From positions 20,914-84,913 of the forward strand of contig MU626346.1 of the NCBI GenBank assembly GCA_025603075.1: a stretch of DNA of 64,000 nt. Direction: 5' to 3'. Below the pieces are notes generated by a model. It was not told where the DNA came from. It made no database searches and saw only the letters and a program-made list of their open reading frames with translations. This stretch comes from Neoconidiobolus thromboides FSU 785. Its lineage: Eukaryota; Fungi; Entomophthoromycota. A program made the position numbers and the translations under genes. Numbering within the stretch: the first letter of the stretch is position 1; each line of letters starts with the position of its first letter. Below are positions 1 through 12,557 of this stretch, one piece after another.

Positions 1-225
1 GTATAGAAAAGTGGATTATTTTTTCCAAGATATTATATTTTACAAATACTGCTAACATCTGATAATACTATCCTTTATACTTTATAGTTCAAAAGGTGTC
101 GTAATTCAAAACTTTAACTATAACATACACACAATATTTACATATGGAGATATCCGAATTGGTTTCAGAATTTACTTAAGCTAACCCAAATTTCAAGTTT
201 TTAAATTTGCAAGTTCTTAACATAT

Positions 226-323
226 GGGGATATATTTTTATATTTATGAACTTTACTAACGATTTTTCCGCTCAAATAGGGCTTAAAGATGGAAAAAGTA
301 ATGAAACTAAAAAAAATATCCCC
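226..323 (+). mobile_element. ~98-bp MITE, copy 1
   Basis: GGGGATAT...ATATCCCC termini; perfect ATAT duplication on both flanks (222-225, 324-327). Confidence 0.85.
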
Positions 324-454
324 ATATGGTTGGCTAAATTTAAAAAGCTTAAACTAAATCATTTTATTTAATTTTAAAATTTTATTTTATTTTATTTTTT
401 TAAATAACTTTTTTAATTATGCGTTTTATATTACCTTTATAAATATTTAACAGA

Positions 455-1384
455 TGTGAAATCTGATACTCAGGGTTTGGAGTCAAAAGCAGCTATTATC
501 TGGCTGACTATACTGTAAGTCAAAAGGCCTTAGTTGATGTGACTAAGATAGACTTGAATTATGAAGAATAATACGTAATGGGCTACGGACTATGTAAGAC
601 AAATAGAATAGACAATACTAATGTAAAATCCACGTAAAATACTATTAAGGAAACTTTGTGAAATATCGCTTTGTCAGTCCTATGGTTAATTATAGTATAA
701 CAGCCGCCTAAGCTGTTGTGTTCTCGAGTTCAGAGAAAATCAATCCCATGTTCTTATTTTGATTTGTTATGAGAATTTCTAGCTCCATCCCAAAGAATAT
801 TATCCTCTTATCTTGATATTTATACTTTTCAGAGTATAAAAGAGATTTTAGAGTATAGTAGTTCGAGGCTTTTTAACTGAATTATTCCCTGATATCTCGA
901 ACATTTAATAAAGCCACTAAGTTTTCTTAATAGTATTTTACGTAGATTTTACATTAATATTGTCTATTCTATTTGTTTTATATAGCTTGTAACCTATTAC
1001 GTGGTACTCCTCATAATCCAGGTCTATCTTAGTCATATCAACTAAGACCTTTCGACTTATAGTGTAGTCAACCCAGCAATAGCTGTTCTTGACTCCAAAC
1101 CCTGAGTACCAGATTTCACAACTTAGTGACTTTATTAAATGTGCAAAATATTAGGGAGTAATTCAGTTAAAAAGCCTCGAGTTATTATACTCTAAAATCT
1201 CTTTTATACTCTGAAAGTACAAATATCAAAATGAGAAGATAATATCTTTGAGATGAAGCTAGAAATTCTCATAGCAAATCAAACTAAAAGCGTGGGATTG
1301 ATTGTCTCTGAACTCGATAGCACAACGACTTAAGCGATTATTGTACTATAATCAATCATGGAGCTGAGAAAGCGATATTTCACA
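455..1384 (-). mobile_element. Outer TG..CA element (~462 bp net, probable solo LTR), interrupted by an inverted copy of itself
   Basis: 455-656 joined to 1121-1384 aligns with the reverse complement of 657-1120; ends TGTGAAAT...ATTTCACA; outer flanks (CAGA/GTAC) are not duplicated. Confidence 0.7.
657..1120 (+). mobile_element. Inner TG..CA element, 464 bp (probable solo LTR)
   Basis: TGTGAAAT...ATTTCACA ends, ACTT duplicated on both sides (653-656, 1121-1124), TATAAAAG at 835-842 followed by AATAAA at 907-912. Confidence 0.75.
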
Positions 1385-1478
1385 GTACCTTGTTTATATT
1401 TTAATTTGTATAAAAGTAATTTTCTTAATATAAGTTTTTTATCGTTTTAATTAAAAATATTCTATTGAAATACCATAT

Positions 1479-1577
1479 GGGGATGTATTTTTGTGTTTAA
1501 GAATTTTACTAATAATTTTTCCACGCAAATAGCGCTTAAAAGATGGAAAAAGTAATGAAGCCAAAAAAAACACTCCC
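1479..1577 (+). mobile_element. MITE copy 2
   Basis: Full length; flanks ATAT/ATTT (1 mismatch). Confidence 0.85.
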
Positions 1578-1652
1578 ATTTTATGTTTTAAAAACTTTGC
1601 TTAAAATTTTATAAAAATAAGTTTTTTATTATAAAATAAGAATACATAATAT

Positions 1653-1751
1653 GGGGATGTATTTTTTTGCTTAATAATTTTACTAACAATTTTTCCACTC
1701 GAATAGTGCTTAAAAAATGGAAAAAGTTATGAAACCAAAAAAAACAGCCCC
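1653..1751 (+). mobile_element. MITE copy 3
   Basis: Full length; TSD ATAT/ATAT. Confidence 0.85.
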
Positions 1752-1878
1752 ATATATTATATTTTTTTAATTTTAACCAGTTTTCTAAGTTGATCAGATA
1801 AAAAATAAGCTAGTTACTATGTAACTGTTTTTAAAGAAATACAAAATAGATTTTTTTTATATAGCTAAGCTTCTTTAT

Positions 1879-1913
1879 GGGGATGTGCTTTTTTGTCTAA
1901 GGATTTTGCTAAC
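1879..1913 (+). mobile_element. MITE copy 4, 5' fragment only
   Basis: GGGGATGTGCTTTTTTGTCTAAGGATTTTGCTAAC matches the first third of the consensus, then similarity stops. Confidence 0.6.
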
Positions 1914-2110
1914 TGTAAAAATATATTTAAGACTTTTGGAAATAAAGTTAACTCCAAAGTTTACTTGGTATAAAGCTATTTAATTTTTTCATAATTTAAA
2001 CCGAAAAAATTTATTATAAAAAAAAGCTATCAGTTAATATAAAGACTTGGACTAGTTTGGAATACCTGAACATATTGTATACAAAATAAGCTAGATTTTA
2101 ATTATAATAT

Positions 2111-2208
2111 GGGGGTGTTTTTTTGGTTTCATTGCTTTTTCCAATTTTTAGGTGCTATTTGAGCGGAAAGATTGTTAGTAAGATCCTTAAACAGAAGAAT
2201 GCATCCCC
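2111..2208 (-). mobile_element. MITE copy 5
   Basis: Reverse complement of the consensus; TSD not preserved. Confidence 0.8.
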
Positions 2209-2612
2209 AACATTGTAATTGTATAGCTGTTGAGTAATTATAACGAAATTTTATAGGGTTATTTTTGAAAGTTCTGTTTGAACTTATTTTCAACTTTATA
2301 TTAAGAATAAATAATACTATATAAAAAAATGTATATATATATTTATTAGTTTTTCGTAACCAAATTGTTTCTAAAATAGTAATATAATTAAACAATCTAT
2401 TTTTTACAATTTGAATCTAAGGAATTGTGTCAAAATAAGAGGGGTATTTTATTATCAAAAATTTAATTATCCATGAAAATCTCAAAATATTTAAAAATAT
2501 TATATTGGTAGGGAGCTATTAATACCTTTTAATACTTTTTGCGACCCTTATGTTAAATCAACTAAAAATTAGTAATAAAAAAGCTTAATTAAACAATAGA
2601 ACATTTCGATTT

Positions 2613-2712
2613 AGGGATGTATTTTTGTGTCTAAGAATTTTACTAACAAATTTTCCGCTTTAAATAGCGCTTAAAAAATGGAAAAAATAATAAAGTCAAA
2701 AAAAACACTCCC
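2613..2712 (+). mobile_element. MITE copy 6
   Basis: Full length; TSD ATTT/ATTT. Confidence 0.85.
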
Positions 2713-3222
2713 ATTTAGTTTTATAAACGTTTAGACTGTACTAATTTTGTTAAAGCAACATTTAAATAAGTTTATAAGATATGTGATATTGATATTTGTA
2801 CTGTATTTGTACTAACTTCTTACACTAAGCCTACTCTTCTGAAGGTCCAATTACTAAGTGTTGTTATAAACCATGAAAATATACTCGTACACATTTCATT
2901 GACAATACTTTTAAAATATTTAAAAGTAAAAAGCACTAATTCAAATAATAGCAAATTTTACTGATACAAATACATTTACCAACAAATCAGCGTGAAAGTC
3001 AATTTAAACCTTTAGTTAACTGCTAAAATCAACTTTAAATAGTTTATTAAAACCTTACTCGATATAACCTTTGGAGTCCAAATTTAGTTTTAAAAAAGTA
3101 TTTGCAAGTTCGGATTTTTGAATGATAAAAACTAGTTTAAGGTAGAGAATAGAGTAGGTGTTGATTCATTAGTATTGGGTAGGTGCTATGTTGGCGTTAT
3201 GCCGGGTTTAGGTTTAGTATAT

Positions 3223-3321
3223 GGGGATATATTTTTGTTTTTAAGAATTTCACTAACAAATTTTCCGCTCAAATAGCGCTTAAAAGATGGAAAAAATGCT
3301 GAAGCTAAAAAAGACATCCCC
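3223..3321 (+). mobile_element. MITE copy 7
   Basis: Full length; TSD ATAT/ATAT. Confidence 0.85.
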
Positions 3322-3761
3322 ATATTTAAGAAATAGCTGTAGCTATTTTTAATACATTTGATGTTTTTTGGGTTTGCCTTTAATTTACAAAAAAAGAATT
3401 TTTTATATGCTCTTTTTCTCATATCAATTCTCTGAGACCTTAATCAGATATTTTTACTTTTTGAATTGGGCCTTATAAATACCATTATTTACAAATGCCA
3501 TATGGCTTACATGTATCTTCAAATTCCAATATTGATAATAAAATTTAGAGTAGCTTAATAAATGCACAAATATAGAGATGAATATAGCAACTTTTATTCA
3601 AAGCATGTATATTTTCAATTTCAAATATTGACATAATTATTTAGTTATAATATATCTAAGTCTAATAATGCACCTTTTGAACGCAAACTTGCTGAAAGTC
3701 TCTTAATGTTAACTTAAATTTTGAAAAGTAGGTACTAAAGTATTATACTAAAACAATACAT

Positions 3762-3856
3762 GGGAATGTTTTTTTGGCTTAATTACTTTTTACATCTTTT
3801 AAGCACTATTTGAGTGAAAAAATCATTAGTAAATCCTTAAACAAAAGTACATCCTC
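3762..3856 (-). mobile_element. MITE copy 8
   Basis: Reverse orientation, small internal deletion; TSD ACAT/ACAT. Confidence 0.8.
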
Positions 3857-3909
3857 ACATGATAGTTTTTAAGAAAATTATCCTAAATATAGCAAAAAAA
3901 TAATAACTA

Positions 3910-4944
3910 TCAAATCAAAGTATATTTATTAGCCTTATTTTTAGGCCTCATAAAATTCAAATTAAACATAAAGTAACGAGTATTGTCATGATTTAATCCA
4001 TTATCTGTTAGTTTTGAGTTAAATAATAGACCATTATAGTAGCGGTGCTTCAACTGAACGTATAGCTTAGGGACTAATGGATCCAATAAGAAAAATAAGA
4101 GGTTTAACCAGCCATTGCAAGAGCCTAAAATGTCCATAAAGAAGAAGTGAATGATTGTGTATTTGAAGCTGATATATAGGCTTATTGAACAGATCAAATA
4201 GGGCAGTTGTGTAATTAAAGGGATAATAGCATAGCCTAAAAAGCGCTTGGATAACCGATTAAACTGGTTGGAGTAAGAGGTTGGGGAAATAGACCCCAGC
4301 TTATTATTAATCAATTTTTTGAAGGAGAGTAAAAAGATAAAAGTAATGTAGCCAATAGCGAATATATTTGGTAGAAAGAAAGTAAGGAAGAAGTGCAGAT
4401 AAGAGTAGGTGCCAAAGTATAAATTAGTTAGACCAGAACATTTATTGTACACGATACCTACGATAAAGGATGGTAAGTTCAATAAAACAGATAAAAGTAT
4501 GGTTGTCATAGCGTATTGTAAATCAGTGTACAGTTTGATAGCTTTATTTTTCAAAAATGAAGCGTGTAAGTTGATGCCTAAACAAGCAATCAAAAACACA
4601 TACCATAAATTTAATACATGCTCAACGTGTATATTAAAGTTACAGTATTGTGGATTACCATAGCTATATATTATCTCACTTAACGCTTCATCGACATTAG
4701 TATCAAGATTATAAAATAAGACTATGTATTGCTTTATGAAAATCAATAAGTTGTAAGATACATCATTAATTGCTATCCATAGATAAAATCTATAACTTAA
4801 TTTATCACTACCTTCGTAGTTGTATAGAATAGTGTATAGTACAATGAGAAATAAAGTGATACCGCATATTAATGATATTAGGTTATTATACAATGAAACG
4901 TATTTTAATGTTAAGTCCAAGTCTACCATGAAATATAAAATCAA
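3910..4944 (-). CDS. Seven-transmembrane protein, cAMP-receptor-like/Git3-type GPCR
   Basis: Intronless 344-aa ORF with about seven hydrophobic segments, a Cys in the first extracellular loop and a TM6/TM7 pattern (KRFLGYAIIPLITQLP; GWLNLLFFLLDP). Confidence 0.6.
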   Translation of the reverse strand: MILYFMVDLDLTLKYVSLYNNLISLICGITLFLIVLYTILYNYEGSDKLSYRFYLWIAINDVSYNLLIFIKQYIVLFYNLDTNVDEALSEIIYSYGNPQYCNFNIHVEHVLNLWYVFLIACLGINLHASFLKNKAIKLYTDLQYAMTTILLSVLLNLPSFIVGIVYNKCSGLTNLYFGTYSYLHFFLTFFLPNIFAIGYITFIFLLSFKKLINNKLGSISPTSYSNQFNRLSKRFLGYAIIPLITQLPYLICSISLYISFKYTIIHFFFMDILGSCNGWLNLLFFLLDPLVPKLYVQLKHRYYNGLLFNSKLTDNGLNHDNTRYFMFNLNFMRPKNKANKYTLI

Positions 4945-5170
4945 ATTAGTAAATAGCTAATTATTTATTTCTTTTTCTTTATTTTTATATAGTACAAGAT
5001 TCCATTAGCTAGTTATGATTTATTTATAATTTTTTCAACAAAGCTAATTTATTAGAATATTGATCCTAATAATCTATAAATAAAAAAATAAAAAAATAAA
5101 AAAATGTAATGATTAAAAACAAGGATAAAAAATAAAATTGAACTGAATATCAGCTATTTTATGGTATAAT

Positions 5171-6631
5171 TTAACTTATATCATTAATAAATAGCATTTC
5201 TTTATTGCTTTTTTCTTTTTTAAATAAATAATTAAGAACATTTTTAAAAGTAAAAGTAAAAGTAAAATAAGCTAACACAACAAAGCCAAAAATTTGCAAC
5301 AAAGAGAATATCAAAAACAGGTAAAAAGGTCCAAGATTTTGTAATAATTTAGAACTGAACGAAGTAATAATCCCCGATAATCCAAATCTCATAAAATTAG
5401 TACATGCTGTAATACTCGATGGTTTATCACTTACAATGTCCGTTAGATAAGTATTGATGATAATGAATACATTTGCCATCCCAAACCCAATGATAAATTG
5501 GGCTAATAAAACTAAGTATAAAGAGTGGTCTGATTCAATGTGATATCCGGTTAAGAATAAGCCTAACATGACTAAGGCCACTCCAAACCAGGCTCCATTT
5601 AATCGATATTCATAATTTATATTGTCATTACCATTCTTGATACTCGCTCGTTTTATCAGATAGTCGGATAATATACCACCAGTATAGCTACCTAACATGT
5701 TACCTATACCAGAAGGTAAATAAGATAGGCCAATTTCAATAGATTTTAGCTTGTATTGTTCATCCATGATACGAGTTTGGCTTAATGAGATATTATAATA
5801 AGACCCGTAGATTAGACCAGAGTATAACATCAAGATTAAAACTCTTAAATTGAAAAATAGATAGAAACACTTTAGTGGATTTAAGTTTAAGTTGTATTTA
5901 ACATAGAATCTATTAAATAAATTAAAACACTTATAATTTTTATAAGATTCATAATCATATAAATTAGAGTTATTGTCATAATTATAAATAGTTATTTTCT
6001 CATTATCCGTAACACTATTTTCTATCTTAATGATTTGAATCTCTTTTCTTTTTTCTGGACTCAATGTTTCCTTTATAAATATGAAATTAAGTATAAACAA
6101 TATAATTGATAATACAAACAAAAAATAAAAATTGTATCTCCAGTCCCTAAAATACTCATTGATGATCCCTCCTAATAGGGGCCCTAAACTAGGTCCAAAG
6201 GTTGCTCCAATAAAAAAGATGCCCATAGCAAAACCTTTTTCTTCTTTACTAAATAAATCGATTATAATACCAACTCCGATTACTGCATATGCTGAGGACC
6301 CGATCCCCAATAACACTCGAAAAGCGATTAAGGCTTCTATACTATTTGACAAACCACAAGCTAAACTAGCCAAGATTAATATGACTTGAGATATTATTGA
6401 CGGTGTCCGTCTACCTACTTGGTCACTTAAGTTACCCCACATTAAAGGAAACACAGCAATAGTAAATAGAAATAGAGACACACTTAAATCGACCATACTA
6501 TCATTAGTATTTAAATCAAGGTTAATTAAGTTTACGGAAGGTAAGTAGATAGTAGAAGCTAAAGGGGCTATCATACCACTGATGGTAATTAGAAATAGAA
6601 CAAAATACTTTGAAGTTTTAATCATGTTCAA
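5171..6631 (-). CDS. MFS transporter, drug:H+ antiporter (DHA1) family
   Basis: Intronless 486 aa, ~12 TM, MFS motif A GNLSDQVGRR, DHA1-like PLASTIYLP and GPSLGPLLGG. Confidence 0.9.
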   Translation of the reverse strand: MNMIKTSKYFVLFLITISGMIAPLASTIYLPSVNLINLDLNTNDSMVDLSVSLFLFTIAVFPLMWGNLSDQVGRRTPSIISQVILILASLACGLSNSIEALIAFRVLLGIGSSAYAVIGVGIIIDLFSKEEKGFAMGIFFIGATFGPSLGPLLGGIINEYFRDWRYNFYFLFVLSIILFILNFIFIKETLSPEKRKEIQIIKIENSVTDNEKITIYNYDNNSNLYDYESYKNYKCFNLFNRFYVKYNLNLNPLKCFYLFFNLRVLILMLYSGLIYGSYYNISLSQTRIMDEQYKLKSIEIGLSYLPSGIGNMLGSYTGGILSDYLIKRASIKNGNDNINYEYRLNGAWFGVALVMLGLFLTGYHIESDHSLYLVLLAQFIIGFGMANVFIIINTYLTDIVSDKPSSITACTNFMRFGLSGIITSFSSKLLQNLGPFYLFLIFSLLQIFGFVVLAYFTFTFTFKNVLNYLFKKEKSNKEMLFINDIS

Positions 6632-8614
6632 TTTATAACTAAATTCTTCTTTTAATAATTAGATACTTCCGTTTACACTGTTTATATACTTCATTATTTT
6701 TCTTAGAAACTCTATTAAAATTAAATGGTAATATTTGTTATCGCTTGCATGATAATTAAGATGATGCTATTTTATGGCTTAATGAAGTATATATTAAGTA
6801 AGATAGTAATTTTTAGAATTTTCTTTTTAAATTAAGCTTAATTATCAAGAGGCTTCAATATTCAACTCCTGTTGTAACCACTTAGTTTTTACTTAACTAC
6901 TAACATGGCGTTATATACTTTAAATAATTGTTTTAAAACGGAACTACCTCTCCTGGTGTATAGGCTTAAAGTATTTATGAAGACTATTTATTACATCGTA
7001 ATGTTTATTCCTATCTTATCATTTAATCTTGGTCCCTCTAAATGATTGTTAAAAACAATTACTCTTTTTTAATTATTTCCAAATATAGCATAACACCACT
7101 CACTTTAAGTTAATATAATTTGATCATTACAGCCGCACTTGTTCGTTATTTTTCTTGGCCTTGAACTGTTATCTCATAGTTATAATACAAATTTATGTAC
7201 TTGGATTACACAATCATAATGTGGTTTGAGATGCTTGCTATCGATTATATACTAAAAACGGAATAGTTTGATTAAAAACTGCGCAAAATGCAGTACAAGG
7301 CTTAATGTTATCTATGACGCTTAGTTTGAGTGTTTTGCCAAGCTAAGGGAAACTTTTAATACCGAAATAAAGACATTTGAGGTATTGTAAAATCTAACTT
7401 TTTTTAAATAATAAGCACATAATCTTGACATACAGTTAACGTGTCAACTCTTATCTTTTTCTTTTAGAAGCAAAGGAAACATATCTTTATGACTCACTTG
7501 CTTATGCAAGCACTAATTAATTACATTACACTTTATTGGGGCATTGATTTGATTATATTGATTTGAAACAAAATTTATTAATTTTTAAATCCCCGTTTAT
7601 CTATAAGGGTGTTCCTAAAGTATTCTCCCTTTTCGTTCAAGCCTTGCTCTAAGGATATAGACTTGCACTAAATAAAATTTTTTGCATCAAAAATATTTTG
7701 TTTTTAGTGTCAGGAACATTTACTATTGCAATTAATGATCTTTCATTTTTTGAAAAAAAATGAGATTATTCTGGAAATACCCTTATATATATTAAATTAC
7801 TTAAATAAAAATTGATTTATTAATAGAAATATAATGCTTCTCTACCTTCTATTAAGAAAAGGACGGTAGCTGATTTATGCAATAATTTGTTATTTTAATA
7901 TTCGAAATTATAAATTTATAATATAGAATTATTATATCTTTAGTTCATCATCTCTATTCAATGTTATCTTAAATTTTTTTACTTGAGCAATTTGCAATTA
8001 GGTGTTTTTTATTGTCTTAGTCAATTTTTTACAACATGAATTTAAAGGTTACAGCTTTTTTGTATTGTTAAATTCATAATAGTTTTTTTCACTAAATCAA
8101 AAACAGTAGACATCTAACTGCAAACTGCTCTAACTTTCTTCATAATCATCGATGCCTCTTCCTTTTTAAAGTCACTCTAAATAGTTAAGGTCTAGGTAAC
8201 TCATTTAGCATTTTAAAAAATTATTGAATTTACAGATAACAATAAAATCAACAATACAGACTAATACTATAATACAAAATTACATAACTAACACAAAACC
8301 TTCAAAACAATCAAACCTTTTATTTCAGGCAATACTGATGGTTAGATTTACTATTATTAAAATCATTTAAGTACGATTAAGATTGATAAATGTTGCTTTA
8401 TTAGTTTAAATGTTTTTAATATAAATAGACCGAAACAACAATCGAACCATTGAAAACTATATTTTGAAATGTAGAGGACTATTTTGAACGTTTGGCTTAT
8501 AATAATTTAGGTTCTATTGTTTTCTTTTTATTTATTTATTTAAAATTCCGCACGAAAATGGGCAACTACGATTATTACCTTGAGAATTTCTATTTAATTT
8601 AGTCAGCTGATTAT

Positions 8615-8711
8615 GGGGGTGTTTTTTTGGCTTCATCATTTTTTCCATTTTTAAGCACTATTTGAGCGGAAAATTTGTTAGTAAAATCCTTAAACACAAA
8701 AACACATTCCA
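8615..8711 (-). mobile_element. MITE copy 9
   Basis: Reverse orientation; TSD TTAT/TTAT. Confidence 0.8.
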
Positions 8712-8797
8712 TTATCGTATCAAATTTAAGTCAAGTGTTGCTAATGTTCCAGCATTAAAATAAAATAGTTTATGCTATCAAATGTAAGCTACTATTA

Positions 8798-8894
8798 GGG
8801 AATGTATTTTTGTATTTAAGAATTTTACTAACAAACTTTCCGCTTAAATAGCGCTTAAAAAATGGAAAATAATGGAGTCAAAAAAAACACTCCC
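8798..8894 (+). mobile_element. MITE copy 10
   Basis: Full length; TSD ATTA/ATTA. Confidence 0.85.
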
Positions 8895-10365
8895 ATTAAC
8901 TATTCTAACATAAATAAAATATTGAAGTCATATGAACAAATGCTTTTATATTAATTGCTACATGGCTTTATATAAAAACTAAATATGGACTATTTACAAA
9001 AATACATCTATCTCATTTTTTTTAAAGCAATACATAGGCACTAATTATACAGAAAGTAAATTTATGCATATATTTTAACATGTTTTTACAATTATAATCA
9101 ATAGAAGCAAATGTTTAATTAAAGAATAAACTTAAAAAGATAGCTTTTGATTTGTAATAGTTTCTATAAAGCTTATCCGTATTTTTTAAATTAGAATCTA
9201 ACTAAGTTTATATTTATTATCGTTATTCAACTAAAAGAGTAAATCGATGGTTTCAAACTAAGTTATTAACATAAAACGAAAGAGTGAATAACTTTAGCTT
9301 ACTTACTATTTTAAAAAATATGATAGAATCTTTATTTTAAAAATTCTACGGTTGCCACTAAAAATGAGTTTTTAACGATCGATCGTAATAATAAATAAAA
9401 ACTGAGATTATTATATTGCTATAGTTCTTAAAGGTATGTTTTTATTTTGTAATTATTTTTAATTTCAATTATTAATTAATATTTGTTATGATTAAAAATG
9501 ATTAAAAATTAAGATTTTCTAGTAATTATTAAAACTAAGGTTGAGTTTAATTCAATTTCTTCAACATGCTAATTATGAAATAGCCTTAAGCTTGTTTATG
9601 TTGACAGTAGCAACTTAAATTATTAAATTTTACGACTATTAATAGTACAGTGATATAATATATTGTATTACTTTTATTAATTTAAAACTTTAGGTATTTT
9701 ATTAAATTCGATTTTAATTTAATTGTTGATTATCATAACTACTCTTTCAAGTTGTCTATTCTTGGTCAGTTTTAATTTGTAACTTTAAAATTGTAAAGTT
9801 TCTACCCAATTTGATTATTTTGTAATTAAAGTATTATATAGTACTATCCCAATTCTTATTATAAATGAATATTAAAGTGTTAGTTAATATAATAACAAGG
9901 CTTAAAGGAAAGAAGACATCATTTTAACTTGTTGCTATTTTATCGCCTTTTATTGTAAAACTTCGTCCTGATTATTGCAACAGTAAATTGACCAATTTGC
10001 CACCACAATTTAATTGAAGGTAGAAAAATTTACAAATACAATTTTAAGCTTAAATTAGCACACTAAACTCAAAAAATAATGACAAAAAGCAAGGAAGATT
10101 TACTAAAAAAAGCAATTCTTCACATCCTTTAAAATTTGTATTATCAAACCCAAAATGAATTAAACAAAGCCGATAATCATCAAATTAAGAAGATCAAAAT
10201 TTCAATTTTGCTAAAGTTAAGATCTTCAAAGCTTACCAAAAATTAAATAATTACAACTTGAGCAAGTAATATACTTTTTTATTCCTCTTTATTTAATCTT
10301 AGTTCCATAATCTATAAAAAAATCAAAATCTCAATTTAATAACTGAAGCTGAAAAACTAGTTGTC

Positions 10366-12025
10366 ATGGCTTTAAAAGTAAGTTGCTATTAGTGATAGTG
10401 TACCGCAAAAACTCACGGTTTAAAAATTTCCTAGGTAGAGATTGAACAATGGCAAGAAGCAGTAAAATGCTTTGAAGAAGAAAATTATTCAGAAGCGTTA
10501 TCTATCTTCCAAGTAAGTAACACTATAGAGGTTTTGCCACTCTTACTAATAATAAACTAGGATTTACCCGAATCTTTTAGGGTGGCGTTAAATATAGGGT
10601 TGGTATATGACGCTATGGATGACATTGAAAATTCAGTAAGTGCTCACTACTATGAACTAAAAAATATAATACTAACTATATTACCTTAGTTAAAATCTTT
10701 CGAAACTGCGGTAGGTATTGATCAATACTCAGCCATTGGTCATTATTGTAAAGGAAATGCTCGTTTCAAATTAGAAAGTTATGAAGAAGCAATTGAAGAC
10801 TATGATAAATCTTTTCAAGTAATTCATGCTTTAAAAACTTTATTTTATAACTAATCATATATTAAAGTATCTTAGGGGTAACCTGTTGATCAATTATGCT
10901 CAACTGGGGTTAGACCACACCTTATACTCATGTGAAGTAGCGTATAATCGATCCTTGTGTTACTCTCGTTTGGAAAATAAGGCCAAGTTTAAAGAGGATA
11001 TCATGTATGCAATGGTGAATAAACAACTTGATTCACATAGCGCTATTATCCCAAAAGCAGTCAAAAAAGATGGGAAGGTAAACTAATAAGTCAATCACGT
11101 ACTGAATCAGCTTATTAAATTTATTAAGGAATGTGAGCCAATACTATTGCCAAAAGGTTCCATCTTCCGACCAGCCGAAACCAAGTCTAAAAACACTAAA
11201 AAAGTAGATTATTTGGGAAAATCAAAGGTTATCGGGGCTCAAGATGATAAGGACAGTTTTACTGGATTTGCTGGTAAGCAAGCAAAAGAGGTAAATAACA
11301 ACGTAGGTGATTATAGGATAATTTCTTAATTTTAAATGTAATAGAATGCTGGTAATAGTAGTCCAATGCCTCAAATAACACCAGTAGAAATTCCCGAAAA
11401 GCCACCAGTCAAACTGAAAAGCATAGACGATACAGTATTAGCAGAGAAGAAGCGATTACACGCAGAAAAGAAAAAAAGAGAGTCAAGGAAGATCAAATTG
11501 CCTACCCCACCCTCTACGGGGTCGAGTGCCCCAGGGAGCCCAACCAATGCATCTAACAACAAAGTTAATAAACATAGTGCAGTGGTTCTGACGAATCAAA
11601 ATCATCAAATAGGCGCTTTAGGTACTCCAGCTAATTTCTATACACAGATGGTGAACCAGCCATATATGAATCATCCCGCTATGATCAAACCTTCGATACC
11701 TAAGCTGCCATTGCCTCCTGGCCAGGTAAAATTTTAATATGAATTAAGCTATTTTAAATTTTAACTTTCTTTCAAATAGCTTAAGGTGAAAGTGCATTAC
11801 AATGAGACATGTGTGTTGTTAATGAAAACGGATGTAAAATTTGAAAAGCTTTTAGATCGTGTACAAAAAAAGTTTAATAATAGTAAATTAAGGCTAAGAT
11901 ATAGAGATGAAGACGATGACTTTATTTTAATGACAGAACAGGAGGATTTGGATATTGCTAGAGGTTATCTAGGCGATAGTAAACATCCACCTGCAGATAG
12001 GGTTGAATTGTATGCTGGGGAATAG
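10366..12025 (+). CDS. noxR: NADPH oxidase regulator NoxR (p67phox-like; TPR + Pro-rich + PB1), multi-exon
   Basis: Spliced MALK-VEIEQWQEAV...; YLRGNLLINYAQLG...YSCEVAYNR and DYLGKSKVIG match fungal NoxR; C-terminal PB1 (KVKVHY...LRYRDEDDDFILM). Confidence 0.88.
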
Positions 12026-12557
12026 TGAAGAATATACAAATTGGAGATGAGTAGCTTTTTTTATTAATAAATTTTTATTTATTTGAGGTTAGATACAATT
12101 TTTTTGGTTGGGATGTGGGAAGTCTTTTTTGTAAGAGTGATTTGATCAAGTTTCTATCTAGGCTTTGAAGTAGACAGAAATTTTCAATTAAATTTTAATA
12201 AAACTTGATTTTTTAAACTTTGGCCTAATTTTCTAAAAGTAGCTAGCTTATTTAGCATTTAGACAAAAATTGTAAAAAGACCAAAAATTACAAAACTTAA
12301 TTTCGTTAAAAATTATAAATGAAAAATCAAGGAAATACTGATAAAATTCAAGCCATAAACTAAAACCGGTTTGATTTTATTGTCATCAGAAATTCAAATT
12401 CCAATAAAAAATTAAAATGAGAACATTTTGACAACCCCTATTTTATTTTTATTTTTATTATTTCTATTTCATTAACGAAAATAGCAACAATATATATCAT
12501 TAAGAATACTAGCAATATTACAGCGATTGGCATTGGATTTTGCAAACGAAAAATAAC

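Noticed and set aside
226-323. Reading the MITE as a TA- or AT-target element (Tc1/mariner or ISL2EU type)
   Set aside because: Copies with ACAT, ATTT, ATTA and ATGT flanks, plus the empty-site comparison at 49988, show a variable 4-bp duplication.
226-3856. Clustered ~98-bp repeats as a CRISPR-like array
   Set aside because: Spacing is irregular, both orientations occur, and each copy has TIRs and its own TSD in a eukaryotic context. These are MITEs.
9929-9983. U5 snRNA loop-I-like hairpin (CGCCTTTTATT closed by a 6-bp stem)
   Set aside because: The conserved C after UUUUA is missing, the stem is weak and there is no good Sm site. An Infernal search with the U5 model would settle it.
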